The notes below the pieces were generated by a model. The model made no database searches and was not told where the DNA came from. It was given only the letters and a program-made list of their open reading frames with translations. A stretch of DNA of 64,000 nucleotides from Porticoccaceae bacterium (GTDB taxonomy: Bacteria > Pseudomonadota > Gammaproteobacteria > Pseudomonadales > Porticoccaceae). Location of the stretch: NCBI GenBank assembly GCA_045560535.1, contig JBJKZF010000002.1:10945-74944 (forward strand), written 5' to 3'. The position numbers and the translations under genes are program-made. Below are positions 20,194 to 29,203 of this stretch, one piece after another (within the stretch, counting starts at the first letter, position 1; every line of letters begins with the position of its first letter).

Positions 20194-20961
20194 ATGGAGC
20201 CTCTAAAACCCTTCCAAATAAAATCTATTCATAAAATCTTTATGTTAGGAATCCTCATCCTCTTGGGTTTAGCATATTTACTAGAACAAAAAAGAGCTCT
20301 TACCGCAGATAAAGACTATACCAAGCAGTTAATCCCCGATACCTCAAAGATAAGTAATGAGATTTCTGTGGATCTTGAGAAAAAAATACTTGGTGATGAT
20401 ATTGAGGAAGAACCAGTTGATTTATCACCCTCCACAAATAACGCAATGATGATAAAACTCAGTGCCATGATTAAAGCCTCTGGTGACAAGACAACTCCCT
20501 CAGATGAAGAGTTATCTTTGTTCTACCGAGAAAATAAGCGCTCATATGGCGGTAAAGTCACACTAAAATTCCCATTCTACTTTTTTTCTAGCATCCAATT
20601 AGGAGGTCAGGCGTTGGAAAAATCTCGTGCTGCGCTCGCCTCTCTGAACTCAGGATTGTCTACTCTTAAATCTGATAGCTTTTCAGAGAGTGGAGTCTTT
20701 GATGGCGAATATGGATGGTCAGATGAGAGAGACTCAGAGATTTATAAAACATTTGGTAGCGGGTTTGGCAAGAAGATAGCGATTATTATTGAAGATCGCG
20801 AGCAAGAGGCTCTCCCGTGCTGGGAGGGTCCTATTAGTGGGAGACTGGGCTACTATATAATTTGTTTAGAGGAGGCCAAAATTTCTGATCCTCCTCCACT
20901 TGACCAAGTTAGAGAGGAAGTCATCAATGACTGGCGTTTATCGAACATTTCTAATCCCTAA
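20194..20961 (+). CDS. Membrane-anchored hypothetical protein, possibly a degenerate parvulin (PpiC)-like domain
   Basis: One N-terminal TM helix. The C-terminal WEGPISGRLGYYIICLEE resembles the parvulin W..P..S..G.H.. segment. Weak call. Confidence 0.35.
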   Translation: MEPLKPFQIKSIHKIFMLGILILLGLAYLLEQKRALTADKDYTKQLIPDTSKISNEISVDLEKKILGDDIEEEPVDLSPSTNNAMMIKLSAMIKASGDKTTPSDEELSLFYRENKRSYGGKVTLKFPFYFFSSIQLGGQALEKSRAALASLNSGLSTLKSDSFSESGVFDGEYGWSDERDSEIYKTFGSGFGKKIAIIIEDREQEALPCWEGPISGRLGYYIICLEEAKISDPPPLDQVREEVINDWRLSNISNP

Positions 20962-20970
20962 CTTAGGGCC

Positions 20971-21738
20971 TTATGCCATCAGCTCTTCAAAAAACTTTGT
21001 AAGCCCATCTTCTCTAGATTCTTCCCATATCTTCAACGCAGCGGTTCCGACAATAGCCAGGTCAGCGCTGCCCCTCAAGAAATCCATATCGGCTTTACTA
21101 GAAATTCCAAATCCAACCCCGATCGGGACGCTCGTATGTTGACGACATCTTTTGACCAACTGAATTACATCATCACTCATGTTAGTCTTAGACCCAGTGA
21201 CTCCTTTCCTAGCGACAGCATAGACCATTCCCCTACTCGCCTCCCCAAGCTTAGCTAACCTCTTATCACTACTGGTTGGAGTCATGAGAATAATCGGCTC
21301 AATTCCCTCCCGCTCTGAAATCGCATGAAGATTTGATGACTCTTCCACAGGAAGATCCGGTAAAATATAACCAGAACCTCCTGCCTCTTTTATGCGCTTT
21401 ACAAAAAGCTCTTCTCCCATTCTGAAGGCCGTATTGTAATAACCCATCATTAGTACTTTAAAAGAAAATCGCTCGCTGACTTGCTTCATAAAGTCAAAGC
21501 ACTGATCTACAGTAGTACCCGACTTGAGTGATTCTTCATTTGCCTTTACAAAAAGGGGGCCATCCGCACTAGGCTCGGAGAAAGGGAACTGTAATTCAAC
21601 TATATCGACACCGGTTGCAGACATAATTTCCAGCTCTTTCATATTGTCAGAAAAACTTGGGTAGCCGCACACAACGTGTGCCATTACCAATAATTCTTTA
21701 TCTTTTTTCCGCTTCTCTATGTAGGCCTGTAATCCCAT
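20971..21738 (-). CDS. trpA: Tryptophan synthase alpha chain
   Basis: ELQFPFSEPSADGP matches the TrpA E-x-G-x-P-F-S-D-P-x-A-D-G-P signature. The start overlaps the trpB stop. Confidence 0.9.
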   Translation of the reverse strand: MGLQAYIEKRKKDKELLVMAHVVCGYPSFSDNMKELEIMSATGVDIVELQFPFSEPSADGPLFVKANEESLKSGTTVDQCFDFMKQVSERFSFKVLMMGYYNTAFRMGEELFVKRIKEAGGSGYILPDLPVEESSNLHAISEREGIEPIILMTPTSSDKRLAKLGEASRGMVYAVARKGVTGSKTNMSDDVIQLVKRCRQHTSVPIGVGFGISSKADMDFLRGSADLAIVGTAALKIWEESREDGLTKFFEELMA

Positions 21739-22997
21739 TAATCTGGCTCCGATCGATATTGATCAGCTTTGCCACCAATGAAGGACTTCCATTTAGAGTC
21801 ATCGAGGGCATCTGCGATCGTGAAAATATCCTTGTCACCGCGTCCTGACTGATTAATCAAAATGATTTCATCTTTCCGCATAGATGGAGCTTCTTTTATG
21901 GCGGTTACAAACCCGTGCGTGCTCTCCAGAGCTGGGATGAGGCCTTCTGTCCTCATCGTTAACTTAAGAGCCTCTTTTACTTCAGAGTCTGTGGCGGCCT
22001 CAAAGCGCACTTTACCTTGCTCCCAGAGGTAAGAAAATATTGGATTGATCCCAATGTAATCTAATCCGGCGGCAACTGAATGAGTCTCATTCATATTACC
22101 CTGATCGTTTTGAAGAAAATATGTTTTATAACCCTGGGCCACTCCCACTGAAGCATCATCATAAGCTAGTCGGGCTGAGTGCATATATGAGCCAACGCCA
22201 TGCCCACCAGCCTCACACCCAATGAGTTCGATATTGTCATCATCAAAAAATCCTTGGAATATGCCCATGGCATTAGATCCACCCCCAACACAGGCATAAA
22301 CTCTGTCAGGCAGTCTTCCGACCTGCTTTAGCATTTGCTCTCTTGCTTCGATACCAATAATTGACTGAAACCAACTCACCATCTCGGGAAATGGGTGAGG
22401 ACCGCAGGCCGTACCCAATATGTAATGAGTGTCAGCCATGTTGGTTACCCAATCACGCATCGCTTCGTTTACAGCATCCTTGAGAGTTTTTTGCCCATCC
22501 TCAACTGCAATTACTTCCGCACCAAGGTTTTCCATCCAAAAAACATTGGGACGCTGTCGCGCAACATCCACTGCGCCCATATAAATTCTGCAGTCGTATC
22601 CAAACTTAGCAGCCATTGTCGCTGTTGCAAATCCATGCTGACCAGCTCCTGTTTCAGCAATGACTCGACGTTTTCCTAATCTTTGGCAAAGTAATCCCTG
22701 ACCCATAACATTATTAACTTTATGAGATCCAGTATGATTTAAATCATCACGTTTGACATAGATTTGCGCACCACCTAGTTGCCTGGAGAGATTTTCTAAA
22801 TGAGTAATTGGCGTAGGCCGTCCAGAATAGTTCTGAAGTAAGGTAACGTAGTCTTTCCAGAATTTTGGGTCTGCTTTACATTCACGAAAGCAAGCGAGCA
22901 GCTCTTCGATTGTTGAGTGTAAAATTTCAGGGAGAAAAACTCCGCCGTATTCTCCGTAGTAGCCTTCGCGACCATCGGAGAAATCGAAAATATCCAT
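21738..22997 (-). CDS. trpB: Tryptophan synthase beta chain
   Basis: LNHTGSHKVNN (PLP lysine), GAGQHG and GGGSNAMG motifs. Confidence 0.95.
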   Translation of the reverse strand: MDIFDFSDGREGYYGEYGGVFLPEILHSTIEELLACFRECKADPKFWKDYVTLLQNYSGRPTPITHLENLSRQLGGAQIYVKRDDLNHTGSHKVNNVMGQGLLCQRLGKRRVIAETGAGQHGFATATMAAKFGYDCRIYMGAVDVARQRPNVFWMENLGAEVIAVEDGQKTLKDAVNEAMRDWVTNMADTHYILGTACGPHPFPEMVSWFQSIIGIEAREQMLKQVGRLPDRVYACVGGGSNAMGIFQGFFDDDNIELIGCEAGGHGVGSYMHSARLAYDDASVGVAQGYKTYFLQNDQGNMNETHSVAAGLDYIGINPIFSYLWEQGKVRFEAATDSEVKEALKLTMRTEGLIPALESTHGFVTAIKEAPSMRKDEIILINQSGRGDKDIFTIADALDDSKWKSFIGGKADQYRSEPD

Positions 22998-23205
22998 GTT
23001 AAAGCCTATATACCCTTAAAATTTGGCGAGAAGATCGCCGACTTGATGCTACTCATTTTTTACAATTCTACTGAAGACACTGGAGCGGTACAACGCGCTA
23101 TGCAGAAATATTCTCTATCAAAGATTACGTCGGCATTCTGTGACCGGTTTAATCGAGCCAGTCAATAATTTCTAGTTACCTTGAAATTTCAGATACATAG
23201 ATGAT

Positions 23206-23214
23206 TTATCCACA
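23206..23214 (+). promoter_or_regulatory. Perfect DnaA box TTATCCACA (a second 8/9 relaxed match, tttttcacc, at 23217-23225)
   Basis: Read directly from the sequence. It lies about 50 nt upstream of the NrdR-type boxes in the trpB/nrdJ intergenic region. Confidence 0.45.
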
Positions 23215-23262
23215 ACTTTTTCACCTACTTATATTTTAAAAATCATTAAAAATTCCAAAAAA

Positions 23263-23278
23263 ACACTACATGTAGTAT
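23263..23278. promoter_or_regulatory. NrdR box 1
   Basis: acactacatgtagtat matches 13/16 positions of the acaCwAtATaTwGtgt consensus as I recall it. It contains a perfect 12-bp palindrome, actacatgtagt. Confidence 0.65.
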
Positions 23279-23293
23279 TTAAAAGCTTGCAAG

Positions 23294-23309
23294 ACACACA
23301 ATGTAGGAT
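23294..23309. promoter_or_regulatory. NrdR box 2 (weaker)
   Basis: acacacaatgtaggat shares 12/16 positions with box 1. It starts exactly 31 bp after box 1, the usual three-helical-turn spacing of tandem NrdR boxes. Confidence 0.5.
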
Positions 23310-23435
23310 ACACTCCTTATCTGATTTTAATAACGAATCTCACTCTTTTCGTAACTAAGTATCGGCAAAGAGGGCTCAAGATAGGCCCTTCAAGCAAAAT
23401 TTGGGCTTCTTAAAAAGCCAGGAACTAAAGGATAA

Positions 23436-25589
23436 ATGATGAGCGCTCCTAAACTGAAACCAGTAACTACTGAAAAGAATTCTACAGAAATTGTCATGCA
23501 AGCTGCATCTCTTGATATTTGGGACAAAAAGTATCGCCTTAAAGACAAAGAATCGAACCCTGTCGATGTGGATATTAACGCAACTTACATGAGGGTTGCT
23601 AAAGCACTATCTGATGTTGAAGTGAAAGCAAAACGAGAAGAGTGGAGAGAGCGATTTGTCTGGGCTCTCCAACATGGAGCAATCCCAGCAGGTCGAATCA
23701 TTTCAAATGCCGGTGCTCAAGCATATAAACCTGCTACGTCAACAATTAACTGTACCGTGTCAGGGATTGTTCCGGATTCGATGGTTGGCATATTAGAAAA
23801 GAATCTTGAAGCTGGCCTAACTCTCAAGGCAGGCTGTGGTATCGGGTATGAATTTTCAACATTACGTCCGAAAGGAGCTTATGTCTCGGGTGCTGGAGCA
23901 TATACCTCCGGGCCACTATCGTTTATGGATATATATGACAAAATGTGTTTCACCGTCTCCTCTGCAGGGGGTCGACGTGGTGCTCAGATGGCAACCTTCG
24001 ATGTAAGCCACCCGGATGTTTTTGATTTCGTAAAAGCAAAACGAGAAGATGGCCGTCTTCGGCAATTTAATCTCTCTCTACTGATTACTGAAGAGTTCAT
24101 AGAAGCCGTAAGAGCCGATGGCAACTGGGACCTTACATTCCCAATTAGCTCCAAGGAAATTGAGGGAGGTCTCGATCTCAAGGGGGAAAATGTAGTTTGG
24201 AAGCACTTCCCAACATCAGAAGGATATACGACCAACAAAGATGGCTTAGTAGCGTGCCGTATCTATGAAACAATTAGAGCCCAAAAACTTTGGAACGCTA
24301 TCATGTCATCTACCTATGACTATGCTGAACCAGGCTTCATACTCATTGACCAAGTAAATAAGCATAATAATAATTGGTTCTGTGAGGATATTCGAGCGAC
24401 TAATCCCTGTGGAGAGCAACCTCTCCCTCCCTATGGAAGTTGTCTCTTGGGCTCAGTTAATCTGACAAAATTCGTAAGAAACCCCTTCACCAAAGATGCA
24501 TTCTTTGACTGGGAGGAATACGCCGAGGTCGTAGCCATCTTTACTCGTATGCTTGATAACGTTGTAGAAATTAATGGGCTCCCTTTAGATGGACAGCGCA
24601 GTGAAATAGAATATAAGCGTCGGCATGGCATGGGCTTCCTTGGATTGGGTTCAGCCATCACAATGCTTTGCATGAAATATGGGGATGAAGACTCTCTTCA
24701 ATTTACTGATCGTATCGCAAAAGAGATGGCGGTTTCTGGTTTAAGTGCAGGATTGGATTTAGCCAGGGAGAAAGGACCAGCACCCATCATGGAAGACGAG
24801 TTTGATGTCACTGCTGCACTATTATTTAAACAACCTGAACTAGCACAAGATGGTATTAAGGTTGGCGACAAAATTAAAGGTAAAGTGCTACTAGGAAAAT
24901 ATAGTAGATACATGCAACAGGTTGCGGAAGTGGCGCCAGATCTTATAGATTCAATAGTTGATGAGGGATGTCGTTTTAGTCATCACTCCTCAATAGCGCC
25001 AACTGGAACAATTTCTTTATCGCTTGCCAATAACGTCAGTAATGGTATTGAACCAAGTTTTGCTCACCATTACTCAAGGAACGTTATTAGAGAAGGAAAG
25101 AAATCGAAAGAGAAAGTTGATGTGTTTTCTTACGAGCTACTTTCTTATCGAACACTTATAAATTCTAAAGCAATGCCATTTAGTTCAGACCCCTCAGAGG
25201 CACTACCAGACTATTTCGTGAGCTCAGAAAACATAATGCCCAAAGCTCACGTTGATATTCAGGCGGCTGCTCAGAAATGGGTTGATTCCTCAATTTCTAA
25301 AACAATTAATGTACCAACTGATTGTGAATATGAGGAGTTCAAAGATATTTATCTTTATGCCGCAGAAAAAGGTCTAAAAGGATGTACAACTTTCCGATTT
25401 AATCCAGAAGCCTTCCAGGGAGTGTTAGTCAAGGAAAGTGATCTAGAAAATACTACGTACAGCTTTACCTTGGAAGACGGCTCAACTGTTGAGTTCAAAG
25501 GTAATGAGGAGGTTGAATATGATGGTGAAACTCACACTGCTGCCAATCTCTTTGATGCTCTAAAAGAGGGTTATTACGGAAAGTTCTGA
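23436..25589 (+). CDS. nrdJa: Class II (adenosylcobalamin-dependent) ribonucleotide reductase, large N-terminal polypeptide
   Basis: NPCGEQPL active-site motif and 717 aa. It is followed by a separate ORF carrying the C-terminal part, as in the split Pseudomonas nrdJab. Confidence 0.9.
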   Translation: MMSAPKLKPVTTEKNSTEIVMQAASLDIWDKKYRLKDKESNPVDVDINATYMRVAKALSDVEVKAKREEWRERFVWALQHGAIPAGRIISNAGAQAYKPATSTINCTVSGIVPDSMVGILEKNLEAGLTLKAGCGIGYEFSTLRPKGAYVSGAGAYTSGPLSFMDIYDKMCFTVSSAGGRRGAQMATFDVSHPDVFDFVKAKREDGRLRQFNLSLLITEEFIEAVRADGNWDLTFPISSKEIEGGLDLKGENVVWKHFPTSEGYTTNKDGLVACRIYETIRAQKLWNAIMSSTYDYAEPGFILIDQVNKHNNNWFCEDIRATNPCGEQPLPPYGSCLLGSVNLTKFVRNPFTKDAFFDWEEYAEVVAIFTRMLDNVVEINGLPLDGQRSEIEYKRRHGMGFLGLGSAITMLCMKYGDEDSLQFTDRIAKEMAVSGLSAGLDLAREKGPAPIMEDEFDVTAALLFKQPELAQDGIKVGDKIKGKVLLGKYSRYMQQVAEVAPDLIDSIVDEGCRFSHHSSIAPTGTISLSLANNVSNGIEPSFAHHYSRNVIREGKKSKEKVDVFSYELLSYRTLINSKAMPFSSDPSEALPDYFVSSENIMPKAHVDIQAAAQKWVDSSISKTINVPTDCEYEEFKDIYLYAAEKGLKGCTTFRFNPEAFQGVLVKESDLENTTYSFTLEDGSTVEFKGNEEVEYDGETHTAANLFDALKEGYYGKF

Positions 25590-25628
25590 TTTTACAAATG
25601 GATTCCGCAGAAGACTGCGAGGGATTAA

Positions 25629-26318
25629 ATGAATAAGAGAATTGAAAAGAAAATAGTTGGGTACAAAGTCGTTTCTGAGGAGCAAGAGGCTCCAAAAGCA
25701 GAGGCTATGGAAACGCCAACTGAAAGTAATATTATCCAAATGCATGAGAAGGTCTCCAGACCTGAGGCTCTTGCAGGCAGCACATACAAGATCAAAACAC
25801 CAATGTCAGACCATGCAATGTATCTTACGATCAATGACATTATTTTAAATGAGGGCACAGATCATGAACTACGCCGTCCATTTGAGATATTTCTAAATTC
25901 GAAGAATATGGATCAGTATCAGTGGATCTCTGCATTGACTCGTGTGATCTCTGCTGTGTTCCGGAAGGGTGGAGACTGCACATTTCTTGTTGAAGAACTG
26001 AAGGCAATCTTTGATCCACAAGGTGGATATTTCAAATCTGGAGGACGTTTCATGCCGTCCTTAGTGGCAGAAATCGGTTGGGCAATTGAAGATCATCTAC
26101 AAAAAATAGGGATGATGTCTAAGATCGAAATTCCAGAACATCAACAAAAAATTATGGACGAGAAGCGTGCTGACTTTGAGCAGGCTAACTCGGCGGAAGA
26201 GGAAGTCTCCGACTTTCCTCCAAATGCCGAGCTATGTAAAAAATGCAGTCATAAAGCGGTTATCCTGATGGACGGCTGTATGACGTGCCTTAATTGTGGC
26301 GATTCAAAATGCGGCTGA
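25629..26318 (+). CDS. nrdJb: Class II ribonucleotide reductase, C-terminal polypeptide with Cys-rich tail
   Basis: 229 aa ending CKKCSHKAVILMDGCMTCLNCGDSKCG, the C-terminal redox/zinc tail typical of class II RNR. Sits 39 nt after nrdJa. Confidence 0.8.
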   Translation: MNKRIEKKIVGYKVVSEEQEAPKAEAMETPTESNIIQMHEKVSRPEALAGSTYKIKTPMSDHAMYLTINDIILNEGTDHELRRPFEIFLNSKNMDQYQWISALTRVISAVFRKGGDCTFLVEELKAIFDPQGGYFKSGGRFMPSLVAEIGWAIEDHLQKIGMMSKIEIPEHQQKIMDEKRADFEQANSAEEEVSDFPPNAELCKKCSHKAVILMDGCMTCLNCGDSKCG

Positions 26319-26330
26319 TAGACCAGTGAT

Positions 26331-26358
26331 AAAAAAGTGGCTATTTAGCCGCTTTCTT
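26331..26358. terminator. Bidirectional terminator between nrdJb and the convergent transporter gene
   Basis: A-run, then the agtggct-attt-agccgct stem-loop (7 bp including one G-U), then ttctt. Confidence 0.5.
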
Positions 26359-26368
26359 ATTGTCTGAT

Positions 26369-27568
26369 TTATGACAAAAAGGTGCTCACAAGTTTAAATA
26401 ACCCTAGTGCTGACACAACCAAGACAACCAAAATCCCAGTAATATTGGCAAACTTCCCATTGCGGTGTAAGCCAATCAAATCTTCCCTATTAACAATAAT
26501 TAATAAAAAAATTGCAATAACCGGTAATAGCAGCCCATTCGCTGCTTGCGCAAATAAAATTGCGGCAATTGGTTTGGTTCCCATAGCGGCAAAGCCAGTG
26601 CCAATTGAAAGTACCGACAACCAAATAGCTCTGAAACGATAATCCTTGAATTCTGAAGGCCAACCCAATGCACCAGTGACTGCATAGGCTGCTGCAAGTG
26701 GCGCTGTAATGGCGCTAGTCAAGCCTGCAGCCATCAAACCAAACGCAAAGAAAATATTGGCTGATGCACCCAAAACAGGCTCCAGTTGCGTTGCAATTGA
26801 TGCCGATGAAAATAATCTGTCTGTTCCAAAAAACGCTACTGCCGACGTACTCATAACGGCTAAAGTAATTAGCCCTCCAAGACCGATGGATAGAATAATA
26901 TCACTGCGAGATTCAGTCAGCGCCAATTTTAACTCAACATCTTTCCACTTCTCTTTGGCAAGATTAGCATGCAAAAAAAGATTATATGGAACTACGGTGG
27001 TCCCAATTAGCGCAATAACTGTGAGTAATGAGTTTTCAGGAATAGAGGGCACCAGTAAGCCTCTAAAAACAGCATGATAATTGACATCTATCATGATCAT
27101 TGTGACAACAAACACAACACTCATTGTAAGAACTAAAATAACTAGCAATGGCTCCAGAATTTTGTACCCGCTTGAACCAAGAAGGATTGCGGAGATCATA
27201 CCAAGAATTACCGCACACACAGATATAGGAAGCCCTGAAATGGACTGCAATCCAAGTGCAGCCCCTGAAATATTTCCAGCCTCATAAGCTGCATTTCCTA
27301 AACCAATTGCAGCCACAACCAGAAAGACAGATCCTCTGCTAATAATTGGATTGGTGAAGGTAGATCTCAATGCCTCTGAAAGACCGGATCCGGACGCTAG
27401 ACCCAAGCGAGCGGCCATTTCCTGGAGTATTCCTGTAGCAACCAATGAAAACAAGAGGGCCCACAGAAGCACAAAACCAAAATTTGCTCCCGCAACGCTG
27501 GCCGTTGCTATGCTTCCTGGACCAATGAAGGCAGCTGTAACAAGTATTCCAGGACCAAACCGGGGCAT
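26369..27568 (-). CDS. Nramp (SLC11) fold transporter, atypical: canonical metal-ligand residues replaced
   Basis: Aligns by eye with E. coli MntH across TM1 (GPGILVTAAFIGPGSIATASVAGANFGFVLLW versus [32 protein letters not shown]). It also aligns across TM6 (IGTTVVPYNLFLH versus LGATIMPHVIYLH). DPGN is GPGS here, and A..MPH is T..VPY. Confidence 0.7.
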   Translation of the reverse strand: MPRFGPGILVTAAFIGPGSIATASVAGANFGFVLLWALLFSLVATGILQEMAARLGLASGSGLSEALRSTFTNPIISRGSVFLVVAAIGLGNAAYEAGNISGAALGLQSISGLPISVCAVILGMISAILLGSSGYKILEPLLVILVLTMSVVFVVTMIMIDVNYHAVFRGLLVPSIPENSLLTVIALIGTTVVPYNLFLHANLAKEKWKDVELKLALTESRSDIILSIGLGGLITLAVMSTSAVAFFGTDRLFSSASIATQLEPVLGASANIFFAFGLMAAGLTSAITAPLAAAYAVTGALGWPSEFKDYRFRAIWLSVLSIGTGFAAMGTKPIAAILFAQAANGLLLPVIAIFLLIIVNREDLIGLHRNGKFANITGILVVLVVSALGLFKLVSTFLS

Positions 27569-27589
27569 GCCATTCTCCAGTTCCTAAGA

Positions 27590-28168
27590 CTATTTAATTA
27601 TTTTTAATCCGCCTGTATGGACATCAAAAATAAGACCATGGATGTTAACATGACTAGACACTAGGGGATGTTGTCTGATCTTATCTATATCATCAAGAAT
27701 AGTTTGATGGAGATCCGTGAACGTTCCCCAATTTATAGTTTTAGCCAGGACCGATCCAGGTTTACAGTTTTTAGTAGAATCGCGTTTTGGATTTATCCAA
27801 AGACCCTTTTCTAAACTTGCAGTCTCAAGGTCTTGCTCTAATAACTGGCCAAGGACCTCGTCAGTTATTTTTGACATACCACATTCTGTGTGCCCAATGA
27901 TAAACCAATCTTTGGTCCCCAGCACTTTGTGAGAAACTACTAAAGATCGGATCGCATCATCAGTCGCCCGACCACCAGCGTTCCTTATTATGTGAGCCTC
28001 GCCATCCTTTAATCCTGCAAATTCATATGGATTCAATCTACAGTCCATACACGTAAGAATGGCAATACGTTTGCCCGGCTGAGCACTGAGACCAGCTTTA
28101 TCAAAGATCGCCTTATAATGCTCATTCAACTGCATCATTTCAGACAAATTTTTATTTTCTTCCGGCAT
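27590..28168 (-). CDS. Beta-class carbonic anhydrase
   Basis: CMDCRL and GHTECGM zinc-ligand motifs. I prefer the ATG at 28168 (MPEENK..) with a GAGGA SD 8 nt upstream over the TTG at 28207 listed in the ORF track. Confidence 0.8.
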   Translation of the reverse strand: MPEENKNLSEMMQLNEHYKAIFDKAGLSAQPGKRIAILTCMDCRLNPYEFAGLKDGEAHIIRNAGGRATDDAIRSLVVSHKVLGTKDWFIIGHTECGMSKITDEVLGQLLEQDLETASLEKGLWINPKRDSTKNCKPGSVLAKTINWGTFTDLHQTILDDIDKIRQHPLVSSHVNIHGLIFDVHTGGLKIIK

Positions 28169-28207
28169 AGCTCTGATCCTCAAAACCTTACTTGTAAGTC
28201 TAATCAA

Positions 28208-29191
28208 TTAATTGGAGTTTTTGTATAGGTCAATAGTTCTCTGAGCGGCAGCTGTTGCGGGCAATTCACCTCTAAGTACAGCATTTTCCATTTCTGGTAT
28301 TAACGCCTTAACTCTTTCATCATCCTTCAAATCCGCAACCAGAGATTCAACCATTTCACTCCACATCCATGACTTAGCTTGGTTAGCTCGATTCTGTTGC
28401 AATTGGCCCGTCTCAGACAATATCTTGTTGAAGGCATCAACCTGGGCCCATGCCTCAATGATACCCTCATCATTAATCGAAGAGCAGGACATCACTGGCG
28501 TTTGCCAACCATCAAATCGTGATGCTAAAAATTGAACGGCCGATCGATAGTCACTCGTTGTTCGAGCAGCCAAAGCTACTTGATCACCATCTGACTTATT
28601 AACTAAGATCAGATCAGCAAGCTCCATAATTCCTCGTTTAATGCCTTGCAGCTCGTCGCCCCCAGCAGGCAAGAGGAGTAACAAAAACATATCTGTCATA
28701 TCAGCTACAGCCATTTCTGACTGTCCGACGCCCACTGTTTCCACCAATATAATATCAAATCCAGCAGCTTCACAAAGTAACATAGACTCTCTTGTTCTCC
28801 GGGTCACTCCACCTAGAGTACTTCCCGCCGGAGACGGTCTGACAAAAGCTTTCTCAGTAAAGGCTAAATTTTCCATGCGCGTCTTGTCGCCCAGAATCGA
28901 GCCCCCAGTGACGGCCGAGGAGGGATCTACAGCCAATACGGCCACCGAATGTCCAAGTTGAATTAAGTGGGACCCTAAGACTTCGATAAAAGTTGATTTA
29001 CCGACTCCTGGTGCGCCTGAAATACCAATTCGAATGGAGTTACCTACATCAGGGATAAGAGTTTCCAAAAGTTCAACCGTCTGCTGCCGATGATCATCGC
29101 GGGTTGATTCTACCAGCGTAATAGCCTTTGCCAGAGCTCGACGATCACCTTGCCTAAGTTGGTCTGATAATGTCTTTATCGCCTGTGCCAT
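28208..29191 (-). CDS. meaB: Methylmalonyl-CoA mutase-associated G-protein chaperone (MeaB/ArgK)
   Basis: GISGAPGVGKSTFIE P-loop, DELQGIK and LVNKSDGD (NKxD) motifs. Confidence 0.9.
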   Translation of the reverse strand: MAQAIKTLSDQLRQGDRRALAKAITLVESTRDDHRQQTVELLETLIPDVGNSIRIGISGAPGVGKSTFIEVLGSHLIQLGHSVAVLAVDPSSAVTGGSILGDKTRMENLAFTEKAFVRPSPAGSTLGGVTRRTRESMLLCEAAGFDIILVETVGVGQSEMAVADMTDMFLLLLLPAGGDELQGIKRGIMELADLILVNKSDGDQVALAARTTSDYRSAVQFLASRFDGWQTPVMSCSSINDEGIIEAWAQVDAFNKILSETGQLQQNRANQAKSWMWSEMVESLVADLKDDERVKALIPEMENAVLRGELPATAAAQRTIDLYKNSN

Positions 29192-29203
29192 CTAAACCTA
29201 TCT

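Noticed and set aside
22998-23260. A tryptophan attenuator or leader peptide upstream of trpB
   Set aside because: No short ORF with tandem Trp codons was found on the - strand. The only structure is a 5-bp hairpin (ggcga/tcgcc) with no terminator-like T-run.
23310-23435. A cobalamin riboswitch in the nrdJ leader (and likewise upstream of the mutase at 34920-35120)
   Set aside because: I could not find a B12-box-like element (..GCCACTG..) or the GC-rich helices expected. Both leaders are AT-rich and short.
23436-25589. An intein or intron inside the ribonucleotide reductase gene
   Set aside because: The combined length of the two polypeptides is normal for class II RNR. No Cys/Ser...HN splice-junction block or endonuclease-like insert is apparent.
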